Shown piece by piece: positions 48,946-61,908 of a stretch of DNA of 64,000 nt; position 1 is the first letter of the stretch, and the number at the start of each line of letters is the position of its first letter. The notes beneath the pieces were generated by a model. It saw only the letters and a program-made list of their open reading frames with translations. It was not told the DNA's origin and did no database searches. This DNA comes from Anolis carolinensis (taxonomy: Eukaryota): assembly GCF_035594765.1 (NCBI RefSeq), contig NC_085842.1, positions 297,089,749 through 297,153,748 of the forward strand. Direction: 5' to 3'. Made by a program: the position numbers and the translations under genes.

Positions 48946-51072
48946 GATTAAAAGCAGGCCACTTATTTGTGAGTTGAATTTCAGACTGAAAGAAGTCCAT
49001 TCACAAACCCCAACATTTCACAGATAAAGAATGGGGCACCTGTAGCCATATAACATCAGAATGTGGTCAAGGGAGAAAGTCGTTAATGAAAAGAATCAGG
49101 CAAGTTAGAAGAGACTGCAGGGATTTTGTTTTGTCTGAGCCCACAGAGAAGAGCAAGATTCAGTACTCTCCTCTTGTCCCCCTTCCCCTCTGAGTTTATT
49201 TTATTTCGTGTCAAAAGCATTGCAGAACAAACAAGTCCAAAAGCGATAAAATAAAGGAATCTACGCAAACTAAGTACAAAAGTAGTTTTCACTCATTTAA
49301 CCCAGAGAGGCAACCCAAAAGCATAGCCCCCCTGAGTTAAATGAGTGAAAACTACTTTTGTACTTAGTTTGTGTAAATTCAGGACCAAGGAAAAGGAAAG
49401 GGATGTGAAAAGAGAAACCAGGAAATTTTAAAAGCAGCTGGAAAAATGGGATGATAGAGGATTGTTTGGATTGTCCTGCCAAATTGGGACAGTTGAAGAG
49501 TATATTAAGAGGGTGTATTAATTAAACTTGAATTTTGGATAAAGTTGATTCTCAACAATCTTTGTGCATTTCTATTAGGTGCTTCCTAGTGAGGCTTTTG
49601 AGCAGGCATGGGCAAACTTGGGCCCTCCAGATGTTTTGGACTTCAACTCCCACCATTCCTAATAGCCTCAGGCCCTTTCCTTTCCCTTTCCTCAGCCGCT
49701 TAAGCCATAGCTTTTGCCAGCAGCTCTTACCGGCAGGCTTGCGGGTGGGTGAAGACTTACCCACCAGTACGCCTCACCCTTCCAAGCTCAAGAGGGCTGC
49801 CCTGTAAATGCATATTTGAGACATCGGGTATCGTCATCATCAAATTCTCTGTTTTCCCCTAGCTTATATAAATTGATTTGTTTAAATAAATTAGTATAAA
49901 ATATGTTTTGTCAAAGATTATCAGGCCTTTAAATATTAGTTTCAATACTTCCATGTCACAACTGCAGCAGTTTAAAAACCTGAACTTAGTGGCTTGCAAG
50001 GAAACACAAATGTCGGAAATGATAAACATACAAACAATTGACCTAACAGGGGATATTAGCCTTGTTCATGTGACGAATGGATGCACAAGTGAATCAGCTC
50101 AAAAGAGGCTAGGAGGTTTTGAGTGAAAATTAACCGGAAAATTCTGGCCAAGTGGGGTAATTGTGTTATCATTCTGCTACCACAAAATCCACAGGGCCTT
50201 GTGGCACCTTTAAAACCAACTGTTTTATTAGAATGTAAACATGTGTTTTTAATATGTATCATGCAGCCATCTGCAAATGGCAATAGGATACCCAAGGTAT
50301 TATTAGTTTTGGCCTCCTTCCAATCCATTTAGCCTGGCGCCTTTCTTTCGACCCAATCTATGAAGTGCTGGGCTTCAACATCAGCTCAGCGCATTTATTG
50401 CCCCATTCCTTGCAGTCACAGATCTGTCTGCTGTTCAAGACTACAATGAAGCTGCTACTGCTACTGTTGGAATAGCTATTGAGATGAGACAGCTTTTTGG
50501 GTGCCTCTAGAATTAATCATACAAAATGCTTTCATAAGCATTCATATGCTTCCAGGCTATACAATGTCTTGTCCTATTTCTTCAAATACTAATTCATGCA
50601 GGATGTTGTTTGATGTCTGTTTGAAGTCTCTGTAGTTCTTAATGATTTTCAGTGCTAAACCAGAGCTGAGTAGACTTCAAGCTTGTCCAATCTACTTTGT
50701 TTCTTTACTAGGATCCACCACCCACACAAAATTTAAAGAATAGAGTGCTTCTATGCACGTTTTGAGCCAAAGAATTTTTTTATCAGAACTGAACTGAGGT
50801 CACTGTCATTTTATCCAAAAGTCCACTTGTGGTTAACCCAAGCTTTCTTCATTTCAACAACCTTTTAGATGACAAAAGCCATATTCTAGTGTTAAATGGT
50901 TGTGGGTTCAAAATCCTTGCAAATCTATTGCAAATGACTCAGAGATTTAATAGTACCTTTGTGTTTGACACCTGTTTGTCTCAGTACTCCTTTTAGTTAC
51001 TATTCCTTCTATTTTAACAACTTGAAATAAACAGAATTATTTTTATGTAACACTTTCCCTTTTCTTTTAAAG

Positions 51073-51271
51073 GTCTGGGTGGGTTCGGTGACCGAGATAA
51101 CAATGAACGATCTCTGCGCAGAAGATAAAGATTCACTTTCTACAGAACTTGTGTATTCAGTTTCTCCTCCAAACAATGGCCACTTGGCTCTCAAGTCTTC
51201 GCCAAACAAAAGTATCCTTAATTTTACTCAAGCTCACATTGAGGAAGGACAATTAGTGTTTGTTCATAGGG
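51073..51271 (+). CDS. CSPG4B: CSPG4B exon 6
   Basis: TTTTAAAG|VWVGSVTEIT...AEDKDS...PPNNGHLAL...FTQAHIEEGQLVFVHR(G)|GTATGT; 199 nt, phase 0-1. Confidence 0.94.
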
Positions 51272-52602
51272 GTATGTCATTCTGTCCGTGGGATATTCAT
51301 GTCAGTTTTAATGATGTCATTCTGTTAGCTCGTTCATCAGGCTGAGAATTTTTACTTCTCTAGAATTACATTTTGTTTCAGAATCTACATAGAATTAGAT
51401 AAATCGTAATCATTCTGTTATACTGTCACCTCTACAAGTTGTTTACAACTTCTTGTCTACAAGTTTAACCGCTTGCTACGTATGGTTTTGTTTTAATAGA
51501 CTAAAACCCAAAATGGCTCAGACAGAACCTATTTCAATAAATCTATTTTTTTTACTCTGTTAGGTTATCTTTTTGTCCCAGCCAGTGTAATATACTGGGT
51601 CTTCAAAACCCCAGGGGTGTGGTTTCTTTGATTGAGTCAGTCTGCCTTCACTATGGTCTTCCTCTTTTCTTGCTGCCTTTTTTTCTAGTGAGTCATATTT
51701 GAGACTGTTGTACTTTCACCATATCCTGGGAAGATGTGGTAAAATTTGTCTTGGCTTCTAGGTAGAGCTTAAACTTAATTTGCTCAAAGACCCATTTATT
51801 TGTCTTTTAGAAGTGCACCGTTTCTGAAGAACTCTTCTCCGGCATTAACTTTTAAATGAGTTGATATCTTTCCCATCAGTTTTCTTCACTGTACAATTTT
51901 CACCACCATACCTAGGAATAGGAAATATAGTGGCATGGATAATACTAACTTTAGGGAAGAGGAAGATACCTTTCTTCCTCTTTTATGACACTATAACCTT
52001 GGGTTGTCTAATGAAGCTAAATTTAGCCAGCCAAAAAATTCATAAGCCAAGTGGATTGTCTCCTGAACTTTAGTTTAATACTGATGAAATCATGGTGCTT
52101 CCATCACACCTATATACAACAGACTAGTTTTAAAGGTTGCATACTAGATACACAGCTTTGTCTTTTCAGTACATTGTAGTCTAATACATCTGATGTCTGA
52201 CTCACTCTGCCGAATGTTAGGATGGGCTTCAGGCTGTCTTGCTTGTGAGTCACAAGTAAATTCAAGCGAGGCTACATTTGACAATATTAATGGTTAAATC
52301 CAGTACTGATCCCAAATGAGGGATCAGGAAATGAACTCAGAGCACTTGGTTTCATATAGATACCAGAACATAGAGACATGTTTCAGGTCAATAGAGAAAG
52401 AAATTATCTCAATCCACCTCCAAGAAGAACCTTCTGAATTCAAGGTTCCATGTGGGTAAATTAATAGTCCACACTGAAAATGTCTTCTGAACATTCAATA
52501 TTTAAATACTTATTTATCCAATTTCACTAAATTCTGATTTAAAGTATAAAAAATTATCAGTAAATGTTGTTTTGACACAAGTATACTTGTGTCTTTTTGT
52601 AG

Positions 52603-52734
52603 GTGCTATGTCTGGAGGCTTTAATTTTCAGGTTACAGATGGTCTGAACTTTTCACCTCGGCAAATATTTAGCATCACAGCCCAAACTTTGGTCATTCGA
52701 CTAGAAAATAACAATGGATTGGCAGTTTTCCCAG
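52603..52734 (+). CDS. CSPG4B: CSPG4B exon 7
   Basis: TTTTTGTAG|(G)AMSGGFNFQVTDGLNFSPRQIFSITA...LAVFP|GTAAGG; 132 nt, phase 1-1. Confidence 0.93.
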
Positions 52735-54460
52735 GTAAGGTTGCCACTGTGAGATTTCATTTTAAAATATCAATGTATTACAAATAAACTAAGCTATGAA
52801 GTAGAATGTCTGATAAAAACTCAGATCTTTAGAGAATTTGTTTTTGGATATAGCTTTCAGAATCCTCCAGCCAACAGAAGAAAAAAAATCACCTTGATTC
52901 AGGTTTTTATTTTCCACTTTTCTGGGCCAGCACTACTCTTTGGTAGCGTGAGATGGTGGCAGATGCTGGGTGATGGCAGCATTGTGGTATTGTGCAATAC
53001 ATGGCTGCTTTGTGCCTCCTAAATATGTCAGTTACCTTCCTATGCGGTGGAAGATGTATTTCCTATGAGCAGTGTTCAGAGTGGATTCTTCTGTCAGCTA
53101 TTTTTTAATGTCATGGATCTTTAAGCAGAGGAAAGCAGATGAAAATGTGAAAAACAAGCACATGAAAATGTGCATAATGTGTACAAACAAATTTTATTTG
53201 TAATATTTGTGTTTGATTTCGGTTCATAGAAGCATTACCCATAATAAGATGATTTAACAAAAAAGGCAGGAAGTCAACTGATTTGCAGTTTGAATAAATG
53301 TGATCTTAATACAATGCATGGCAGGGGTTTTCAGTCCAAACCACTATCCCTGCAGCTGCTTTTGGTGTGCAAGATAGCTTCAGGCATGAGCTTTTATAGG
53401 AATTTCTTTAGTGAGCCAAAGATAATTATAAGTAAACTGTCCCTGATGCATTTTTGAAGGGGGAGTAGCTCTTTTCTTCCATTCTGCCCACATTAAAGGA
53501 GTAATATTTTTCCCAGCCCTTTTAACTGTTCTGTGTTTGGCTTGCAGTAACAGCTAAGATTTTTTCCTCTGAGTTAGAAAATATCTTGCCTGGCTTTAAC
53601 TGATTGGATTCGCCTACTGGTTACCCTGGATTCTTTGGGCTTTCTTATGGCTTTTCCCCCCTCTTGGGTACAAACCCCCCCCCCCCCCCAAAGTTTCACT
53701 CAAAAAGTTGAAACCAATGCATCAAAGTGTTTTAGTTTAAATGTATTTATTGTCACTAATGTTATAAATATATACCTAAGCCACCAGTCTTGATCTTGTA
53801 AGTTACACATGGTGATGTTTTCCCTTGTCAGCCCAATTGCAATGGAATATGAGACAGAAAAGCATTTGCCTCTAACCCTGATAGTAAAACTGCTACAACA
53901 AGAAACAGCAGCAATTGTAATATGAGTTGCTATGTGCTGCTCTTTCCTGACACCCCAAATATGCTGTATGAAGCAGCTTCCTCACTCCGTCTAATGTTAG
54001 GGCTGGTCCAGTTATAGTGCTGTCCTTCAAGGGTCCTGTCTCTCTGTATTTTTGCCACCTGGACGGTTTTTTTGTAATGAGAAAAAAGTGAGAAGAAAAT
54101 ACGACATGAGGATTATAAATAGAAGATGATAATGTCTGGATCCTCTTTAGGTCTGTAAATGAGGAAGGGTCATTGCACAGCAAAAGCTTTTTCTGCAAAC
54201 ACCCATAGTAAGATATGCAAACAAACACCATTATAGTACTATATAGTGTGAAAGTTACTTTGGAACTTGTGGTATTTGGCCCCCAACCGGAATTTAGTTT
54301 CTTCCTATTAAACTGTGAAGACCAGTTTTTGACAGAAAGTCTTCTTTGGGTTCCCTCAAGGTCTTGTGGTTTTAATAGTACAAGAAATGTAGTGGGTCCT
54401 GTTTTTTTCCCTTCTTTCCATATCTTCGCCTTGAAAAGCTTAGTAAAGACTCTCTTAATT

Positions 54461-54632
54461 TAGCCCTGGTTGGTACTTGGTTGGGAGCCCACCAACAAAT
54501 GCCAGGTGCTGTAGGCGATATTTCAGGGGAAGGAACTGGGAAACCATCTCTGAGTATTCCTTGCCTAAGAAAACCCTATGAGATTCATAGTGTCACCATT
54601 GGTTGACAGGCAACTTAAAGACATTCACACAT
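54461..54632 (+). mobile_element. 5S rRNA-headed SINE, 5'-truncated
   Basis: GCCCTGGTTGGTACTTGGTTGGGAG...GCCAGGTGCTGTAGGC then GGAAGGAACTGG...CTCTGAGTATTCCTTGCCTAAGAAAACCCTATGA. Confidence 0.8.
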
Positions 54633-57142
54633 GAACATACAATTCTAACTAAATGTGATGGCAGTCCAGGTGCCCCTCTGATATTGTTTCCCTTAGAACT
54701 GCAGATGCTGAGATTGTGACCACAATGTGATTCGGGGTCACCAGTCAACGTAATACTGGGTTCTTGGGGGTCAACAGTTTCCAAAATCTATGATATGTCA
54801 CAATCATAACACTATTATTCCTATTAAGCTGCCATGGTTCTATCCTGTGGACTCCTAGGCTTTGCAGTTTGGTAAGCAGTGGTTCTTTGGTAAGCGGTGG
54901 TTCCCCAGATGTTTTGGCCTTCAAGTCCCAGAAATCCTAACAGCTGGTAAACTGGCTGAGATTTCTGGGAGTTGTGGGCCAAAATACCTGGGGACCCACA
55001 GGTTGAGAACCACTGCACTAAAGTTAAAGCCAAACGCTCCTCCCTAAACTGCAAATTCCAGGATTCCATGGGATGTTGCCACAGCATTTAAAGTGAAATA
55101 TAGCACTATAGTTAGATTTTTCCCATGGCTCTCTATTTTATTGATCCCTCCTCCACAATCTTTAATGAAGAGCTTTGAAAAGTTACTTATTGATTACAAC
55201 CTTCAGAATTTCATAGCCAGCATAGTTAGGATTTGTATTGATTGTAGGAGTTTCTGGGACTTGTAGTCCAGAAATGTAACTTTTCCAAGCAATAGAAAGA
55301 TGGTTAGGCTAAATGTAGAAAACAAAACTGGTTAACAAATACCAGCAGTTTTACAAGCATCCAAAAGAAAATGCATTTAAATCACCAAGATTAGATACTG
55401 CTGCTAAGCAATTTGAAGACATAACATAAGTTGGCATGTCATTTTTCTTTATTCCAAACATTGACCTAGTTTTAAAAAATATTTTCTTTTGACTTACTTT
55501 ATTTTCACTGTCTTTTCTATAAATTTGGATGAATTCCTCTTTGGACTCTTTGACCCATTGCACAATTGCCATCTGTTGAGCATATGACATAGCAGCAAAT
55601 AACTTTTCCTTTTTAACCATTTATTTTATTATTGATGAAATGGATAATTATGCATTGTGGTTTAGATTCCACTGTACCTCCCGTTGCTTTATGATCACTG
55701 GTTAATTAACAAGTAACTTAATAGCTCCAGTTTGTTTTGTCCCTTTAAATGGTAATTATCATAGGCCCCTTCTACACTGCCATATAATCCAGATTACCAA
55801 ATCAGATAATCCACATGATCTGCTTTGAACTGGCATATAATCAAATTCAAAGCAGATAATCTGGATTTTATATGGCAGCACAGAAGGGGTCGTAAAAGGG
55901 GCCGGAGAGTCATACTGGAGGAACTAGAATTTCTAGGGAGATAGTTTCCCAGGTTTAAAAAAATGTGTTTTTATTCGTATTTTTTCTAAATTCATGGGGG
56001 TCCCACATACGAAACCCCCATGGAAGGAGAAGGCCTAATGTATCAATCTCTTCTTGTGCTCAGTGCAAAGCTACTGGTTGGGTCTGGACCAGACTTAACG
56101 CATCCTTTACTACAATAGAATGTACAAGTACTTGTACTAAAGCAAATTTTTCAAAGCTTGGAAAGGATAGATATCCAATGCAAGGAGTACATGAGTGAAG
56201 TTTAGGGATAATACCATTATAATTCAGCAAAAAACAAAAGAAAAAAAACAAAAAATAAACAACAACCCAAAACATTAAACTGTTTAAGTAGAGTATATCA
56301 GATACAGCTCTGTTTAGATTAGTGTCCTAAAAGAAAATAAAGTTTCTTAACAGAATGCTTTGAATACATTTGAACATGACACTTAACAAATGTACTAAAT
56401 CGAATAACGTTATTTAGAGTAGTGGAAAAATTCATGAAGACTGTTTATTTCTACTTATGCCAGCAAAACCTATATCACTGGAGGAGATGGGCCTTTGACA
56501 AAACACCCTTAGTGGCTACCCTTGCCAAATGTGACAGTCAGCTTCTCACCTATCATGCTATTTGCCATTTGTTTGCCTCTCCCTCTGGATCCACTTGTGC
56601 CATTTCCTGGAGGGAAGAAGGAACACGGTTATTGTGTCTTCTCTTACCTGCCACAACTTGCTTAGTTGCACTACTCGGATGTATAGAAATTTGACCATTT
56701 TGAGGAAAGAGATTATGAACATAGTGCTTTCCTTCTTCCACTCTGTTTTACTTTTAAAGTACATTTTGTTCAGTGTATGTATTTAATGGATGCAAATATG
56801 ATTGACACTTTTTTCACTGTTATATGGAAATGCTATTAGAAATGGTAGTGGCATCAGCGGTCATTTTATAGCTGCAACTTTGCCTATCTTGCTTTTACTT
56901 TAAAGTGCCTAAGGCTTCAATCCTATGCATATTTATCTGGGAGTAAGTCCCACTGGACTCAGTATAAATTATTTCTAAACAGAAACAGATAGAACGGCAT
57001 TGCACGTGAATGACTTAAATGTGATGCTGTGTATTAAGCAATTGTGTGCTCAGGACAGGGCTGAGAGGGAAGTAGAAGAAAGAAAATGCCAGTTTTTAGT
57101 GATAACCATTCATGAAACTGCTTTGTCGTCATCATGGCATAG

Positions 57143-57315
57143 GTTCCAGGAAAACAATTACAACTCACAGCCTGAAAGCTGTCACCAATGATGTGGCTGA
57201 GGCAAAAAACAGAACAATATTTTTCACTGTTACAAATCCCCCCCAAAAGGGAAGACTCATCAGCATGTACTCTGGTAACAGCACACAAGATATTTCAAGT
57301 TTTACACAACTGATG
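57143..57315 (+). CDS. CSPG4B: CSPG4B exon 8
   Basis: GGCATAG|(G)SRKTITTHSLKAVTND...IFFTVTNPPQKGRL...ISSFTQLM|GTAAGA; 173 nt, phase 1-0; acceptor is weak. Confidence 0.88.
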
Positions 57316-58372
57316 GTAAGAGTCCGTCTGATTGTGGGCATTGCTAATATGCCTATTACAAAATATTTCTTAATTTTCTCTCTCTACCCAAAACATATTG
57401 GAGGGGGAAATGACAAGATTTGTGAGAGGGAGGTATTTTGTGCAGCTTGCATTTGATAAAAATGAACCAACGTTACCTATGGATCACATTATACAATGTG
57501 CTATGCACATCATATGAAATGAGTTGGGTAAATGTCAACATTTACTAAACCTAGGAAAGAAAAAGGAGTGGACGATCATGATGAATTATGTCAGCAGAGA
57601 TATAAAAACAGGTTTTTGTTTGTTATGAGAGACCCTTATGAGTTTGTCATAGCAGCTGGAAACTGTGGTTCAACAATATCTTGAGGACCACACAATTCCC
57701 ACTCCTAACCTGTCTATTTCTTAGACTTAAACAATAGGTAAAATGAATTAACTGCTAATTAGAAAATCTATATATAGATGCATCTCAACTAGAGATGAGT
57801 AATTGCATTTGAGCTCCAGCATTATTATTAGATCTTATTTTAATTAAAACACAATTTTATTGTATTTTGTTATCATCACCTTTTTCACTTTACAGAATAC
57901 TATCAAATTCCCACATTCATGAAAACATATGGATTCAGCACTCATATTACAGTCCCACTCTGTGCCAATGTTTATGATTTGTACCTTTACTTGAAAATGT
58001 AAAGTGAGACCATGATCTCAAAATTAAAAACCACACTCACTTCTGAATGATTCTCCCTCATTAACTATGTTCATCATACTAGATTAATAGGTCTGAAAAT
58101 AATCACTTGTTGAGCAACCTTTGAACTGGCCTCCAAGGTCTCCCAGTGATTGTTTCTGTGATCCAGTGAATGTGTTAACTAGCCTGAGGGCAAATCTCTT
58201 GGTTTACACACAGAATTAAAGTTTTGTGGTTATTGAGTTACCACCGCACTTTTACAGGATTATAGGTTTTAACCCTGAGGTTTGGCCAAAGTCCATATAT
58301 GATGTAATTCTTTTCTGTAGACCAAAGATTTAACTGAAACCTGAGTATTCATTTCTGTTTTCCTTTGAAAAG

Positions 58373-58550
58373 GTGGATAAAGGGATAGTCATCTATGAAC
58401 ATGCAAATAAGGAAGCAGTTGATTGGGATGCCCAAGATTATTTTACCTTTACCATCTCCTCCCCACCAGCTGTCCTGGGTCCTCAAGTATTTCACATCAA
58501 TATATCTTATCAAGGACATGGCCAAAATAGCCAGCTATTGGCAAACACAG
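58373..58550 (+). CDS. CSPG4B: CSPG4B exon 9
   Basis: TTTGAAAAG|VDKGIVIYEH...WDAQDYFTFTISSPPA...LLANT|GTAAAA; 178 nt, phase 0-1. Confidence 0.93.
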
Positions 58551-58680
58551 GTAAAACAACCTTTTAACATTTGTATCTCTTCAAAGAACTCAGGGCAGCT
58601 CCACATGGGATTATGCTTTTTTTAACCTCAAAACAACACTGAGATGTGGGCTTCATTGAAAAAAGCAACTTCTCAAAGAA

Positions 58681-58863
58681 ATGTCAGTGCTGTCAATGAA
58701 GGAAAGGAAGGTGTGCTGGGAAGCCCGGGATGAATACTGGAAGTGCTTAGATGAAAATATGGAGGAATCATTTAAGTATGAGAAGCTTAGGTGCTCTTTT
58801 GTAAAAGCATGTCCACAGCAGTGGGTTAAATACTTTGATAAAAGAAGAGATTATTTAAAATAT
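58681..58863 (+). pseudogene. COA6: COA6 (cytochrome c oxidase assembly factor 6) processed pseudogene, C-terminally truncated
   Basis: MSVLSMKERKVCWEARDEYWKCLDEN...KLRCSFVKACPQQWVKYFDKRRDYLKY closely matches COA6 (SMKERQVCWGARDEYWKCLDEN...CKKLRSSFESSCPQQWIKYFDKRRDYLKF); third motif Cys is Tyr; similarity stops after YLKY. Confidence 0.88.
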
Positions 58864-59851
58864 CATATGGGTACAGTAGTTGGAACCCAACATTTTCTGG
58901 GACCCATTCAAAACTACAGAATTAAAGCACTGTTTTCCACTGTGACTGCTATGGTTCCTTCTTCTAGAATTTTGGGAATCACAGTTCACTGAGGGACATT
59001 TGGACTCCACAGCCAAAGTGGTCTAGAGCTTCACCAAACTACAAATTTGGTAAGATGGACCTAAGGCAGTTGAAGTGGGATAATAATGCTATAACTGTGT
59101 AGTGTGTATGTGTCCCAGCTCTGATTTCAATGGTGTATTTGCCCATTGAAACACTCAACTTTCTCAACTCAACTCCAACATATATATGTGTTAAACAATC
59201 TGACATTCCATTGACAAGCTAGGTGTTTTCATTCTAATCCACAATTCCCAACAATTATTCAGGTTCTCGCTTCTTCTTTCTCTGTTTCCTCATTTTTTCT
59301 GATTTCCATTCAGGAAGAACATAATCCCCTGGTAGTGTTGCCAGAAATCACTTGCCTTGGATAGTTAGAACTCAGGGGAAGGTTGTGTTTTCCTATTCAT
59401 TGCGTAAACCACAGAGAGGTAATATTTGGTCCTCTGCATACTTTGGAACCTCAGCAAAAGTTCAGAAGCACCAGTCAGTGTGGACAAAAAGAGATTGTGG
59501 GACTTGTAGTCCAAAATATCTGAAGGACAAAAGGTTCCCTATAGTGGGGCAGCTGACTCAGATGGCAGATACCGAAGGCGTGGTTTCATAATTCCTTTCA
59601 TCTGCTTTATCTAGAATTCTGTCTGTGCCACACAAGCTATCTGCTTGCCCTGCTGTATACCACAAGGATATTTTTTTATCAGTTGTCAGTTACCCAAATG
59701 GTTGAATACTATATATGGAAAGGCAATGGCATTTTGTTTTCTGCTTTGGATAAGAAAATGGCTTGAAACCTGTGATCTTTTAAAAAAACAAATCATGATT
59801 TATTCTTCCTGCCAATTAATGCTTTAATAATTTTTTCTTTTCTTTTCACAG

Positions 59852-61908
59852 GTGCTGTTGTACAGGAGGGAGGCCAGGTTACAATTGACAAAACTAACCT
59901 GGATGGTTCAAACCTGCTCTACAAATTACCTGAGGCCCAGCGTTCCATGTTTGAAGTATGGTATGAAGTTGTCATATTGCCTCAACATGGGAGAATTGTT
60001 GTGGGAGAAAGAAACATTTCAAGGGAAAAGCCTAATTTCTCCCAGTACATTGTTAACAAATTTGGAATCACCTATGTGCATGATGATTCCGAATCACTCA
60101 GCGACCAGTTCTTATTTGCTGTGTGGCTAAATCAGAAGGGCAGATCCACAGCAAAAACAGATTCTGGTGTTTTAGAAGAGTTATTTAATATCACTGTTGT
60201 GCCAGTGAATGACCAAGTACCAGAACTGAAGACAAAAAGACTTCATTTGAATGTTCTACAAGGGGATACAGCAGTTCTAGGACCAGAAAACCTGAAAGTG
60301 GAAGACTTAGATAACACACCAGAAGAGATCAAATATACTATCATAAGTAATCCCCAAAATGGTTATTTAGCATTCTGGAATCATCTCAGTGAATCCATCA
60401 AAGAATTCACACAAGCAGATGTTGATGGCAGCAAAGTTTTGTTTGTTCAAGATGGAAGTTCTTCATCTGGAGCTTTTTACTTTAGTGTAACAGATGGAAA
60501 ACATCGTCCACTGTACAAACTCTTTAGTGTTGAAGTGACTCCCATGTCAGTCACCTTGGTCAATCTAATGGAGGTGGTCCTTACACAGGGACAAAACACT
60601 GTTACAATTACAAACCTACAACTTTCAGGAGCAACAAATGGGAAAAATACTGAGATCATGTATGAAGTAACTAAACCCCCCAAGTATGGACATCTTCGGA
60701 TTGGCAATGAACAGATAACCATGTTTCAACAAGCAGACATAGACACAGGAAGACTGTCATATTATATGACAGACCCCACTGTCATTAGAGATACAATGGA
60801 ATTCATGGTGTTCACCTTGGACAGCAACCTAACAGGACAGGTTTTGAATATTACAGTACAGCCCTTTGTGCGAATGGTTCATGACTTGAACATTTCAAAT
60901 TGTGTGGCCTACAAACTCAAAGCAAGTGACTTGAATGCCACAGAATTAGCAAATCTAACAGACAGCAATCCTGAATTTGAAATAATTGTTTCCCCCCTTT
61001 ATGGAAGAGTGTTAAAGAGGCCATTGAGGAGCGTTAAAGCTGAAAGATCAGTTGTGTTCACTCAAAGTGACCTTGACAGAGGTGTTGTGTTTCTTGAAGC
61101 ACATGCCAATATGACAGGTGTTGATATGCTCAATGATTCCTTCACCTTTATACTTCGAGCAAACAGTGTGCAGCCTGCTATAGGTCAATTTCATTATGCC
61201 ATATTGCCACATAATCCTTCGTTACTCCAGATGGTTACTTCCGAAGCGCCTCTTTTAACCAGCACAAATATTTTAAAGAGTTATACCATTACAAAAAATG
61301 AACCTGATGTCTTTCCAAGGAAAGACACATATACTGAAGCACCAGCACAAACTCAGCGGCACAACCAAAACCACTGGGTGCATCTGAAAGACAGAGAAGC
61401 AATGTATATTGAGGAATCTGCAAGAGACAACTCTGTTTGGGCTGAGACCACAATGAAAACAAGGGCCAGAACCACTAGGGATCAGTCCCTGCCTAGCAAT
61501 AACTGGCTGTTCATCGTTATTCCTCTTGCATCTGTAACTGCTTTATTTATTGTGGTTGCTGTTGCTGTTTGTATCTTCCTAATATGTCACAAACCAAAGA
61601 AGGCCAAATCTCTCATGGCAGAAAAGTCACCGGCAGCTCTTAGTAGCCCAGGGTTTTCTTCTGAAAGGAGCCTAACTGTTCCTACAGTCACAGTGACACC
61701 CTTGTTAAAAGACACAAGCAAAGGAACAGCTTTTCCATTCTCGGCCTTCAGGCAGGAGCAGCTTCAGCCAGTGTCTGTTACTCCAACTCCAGCCTCTCAA
61801 GCTACAGAAGGACTTCTGCAAAGCAGCTGGTCCAAACTTGACCCAGAAATGATCCAGCACTGTCGCACAACCAATCCGACTTTGAAACGCAGTCAGTACT
61901 GGGTATAG
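59852..61908 (+). CDS. CSPG4B: CSPG4B exon 10 (last CSPG repeats, TM helix, cytoplasmic tail, stop)
   Basis: TTTTCACAG|(G)AVVQEGG... in frame with ORF 59947..61908; TM WLFIVIPLASVTALFIVVAVAVCIFLIC; ends DPEMIQHCRTTNPTLKRSQYWV*; spliced CDS 7176 nt = 2391 aa. Confidence 0.96.
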
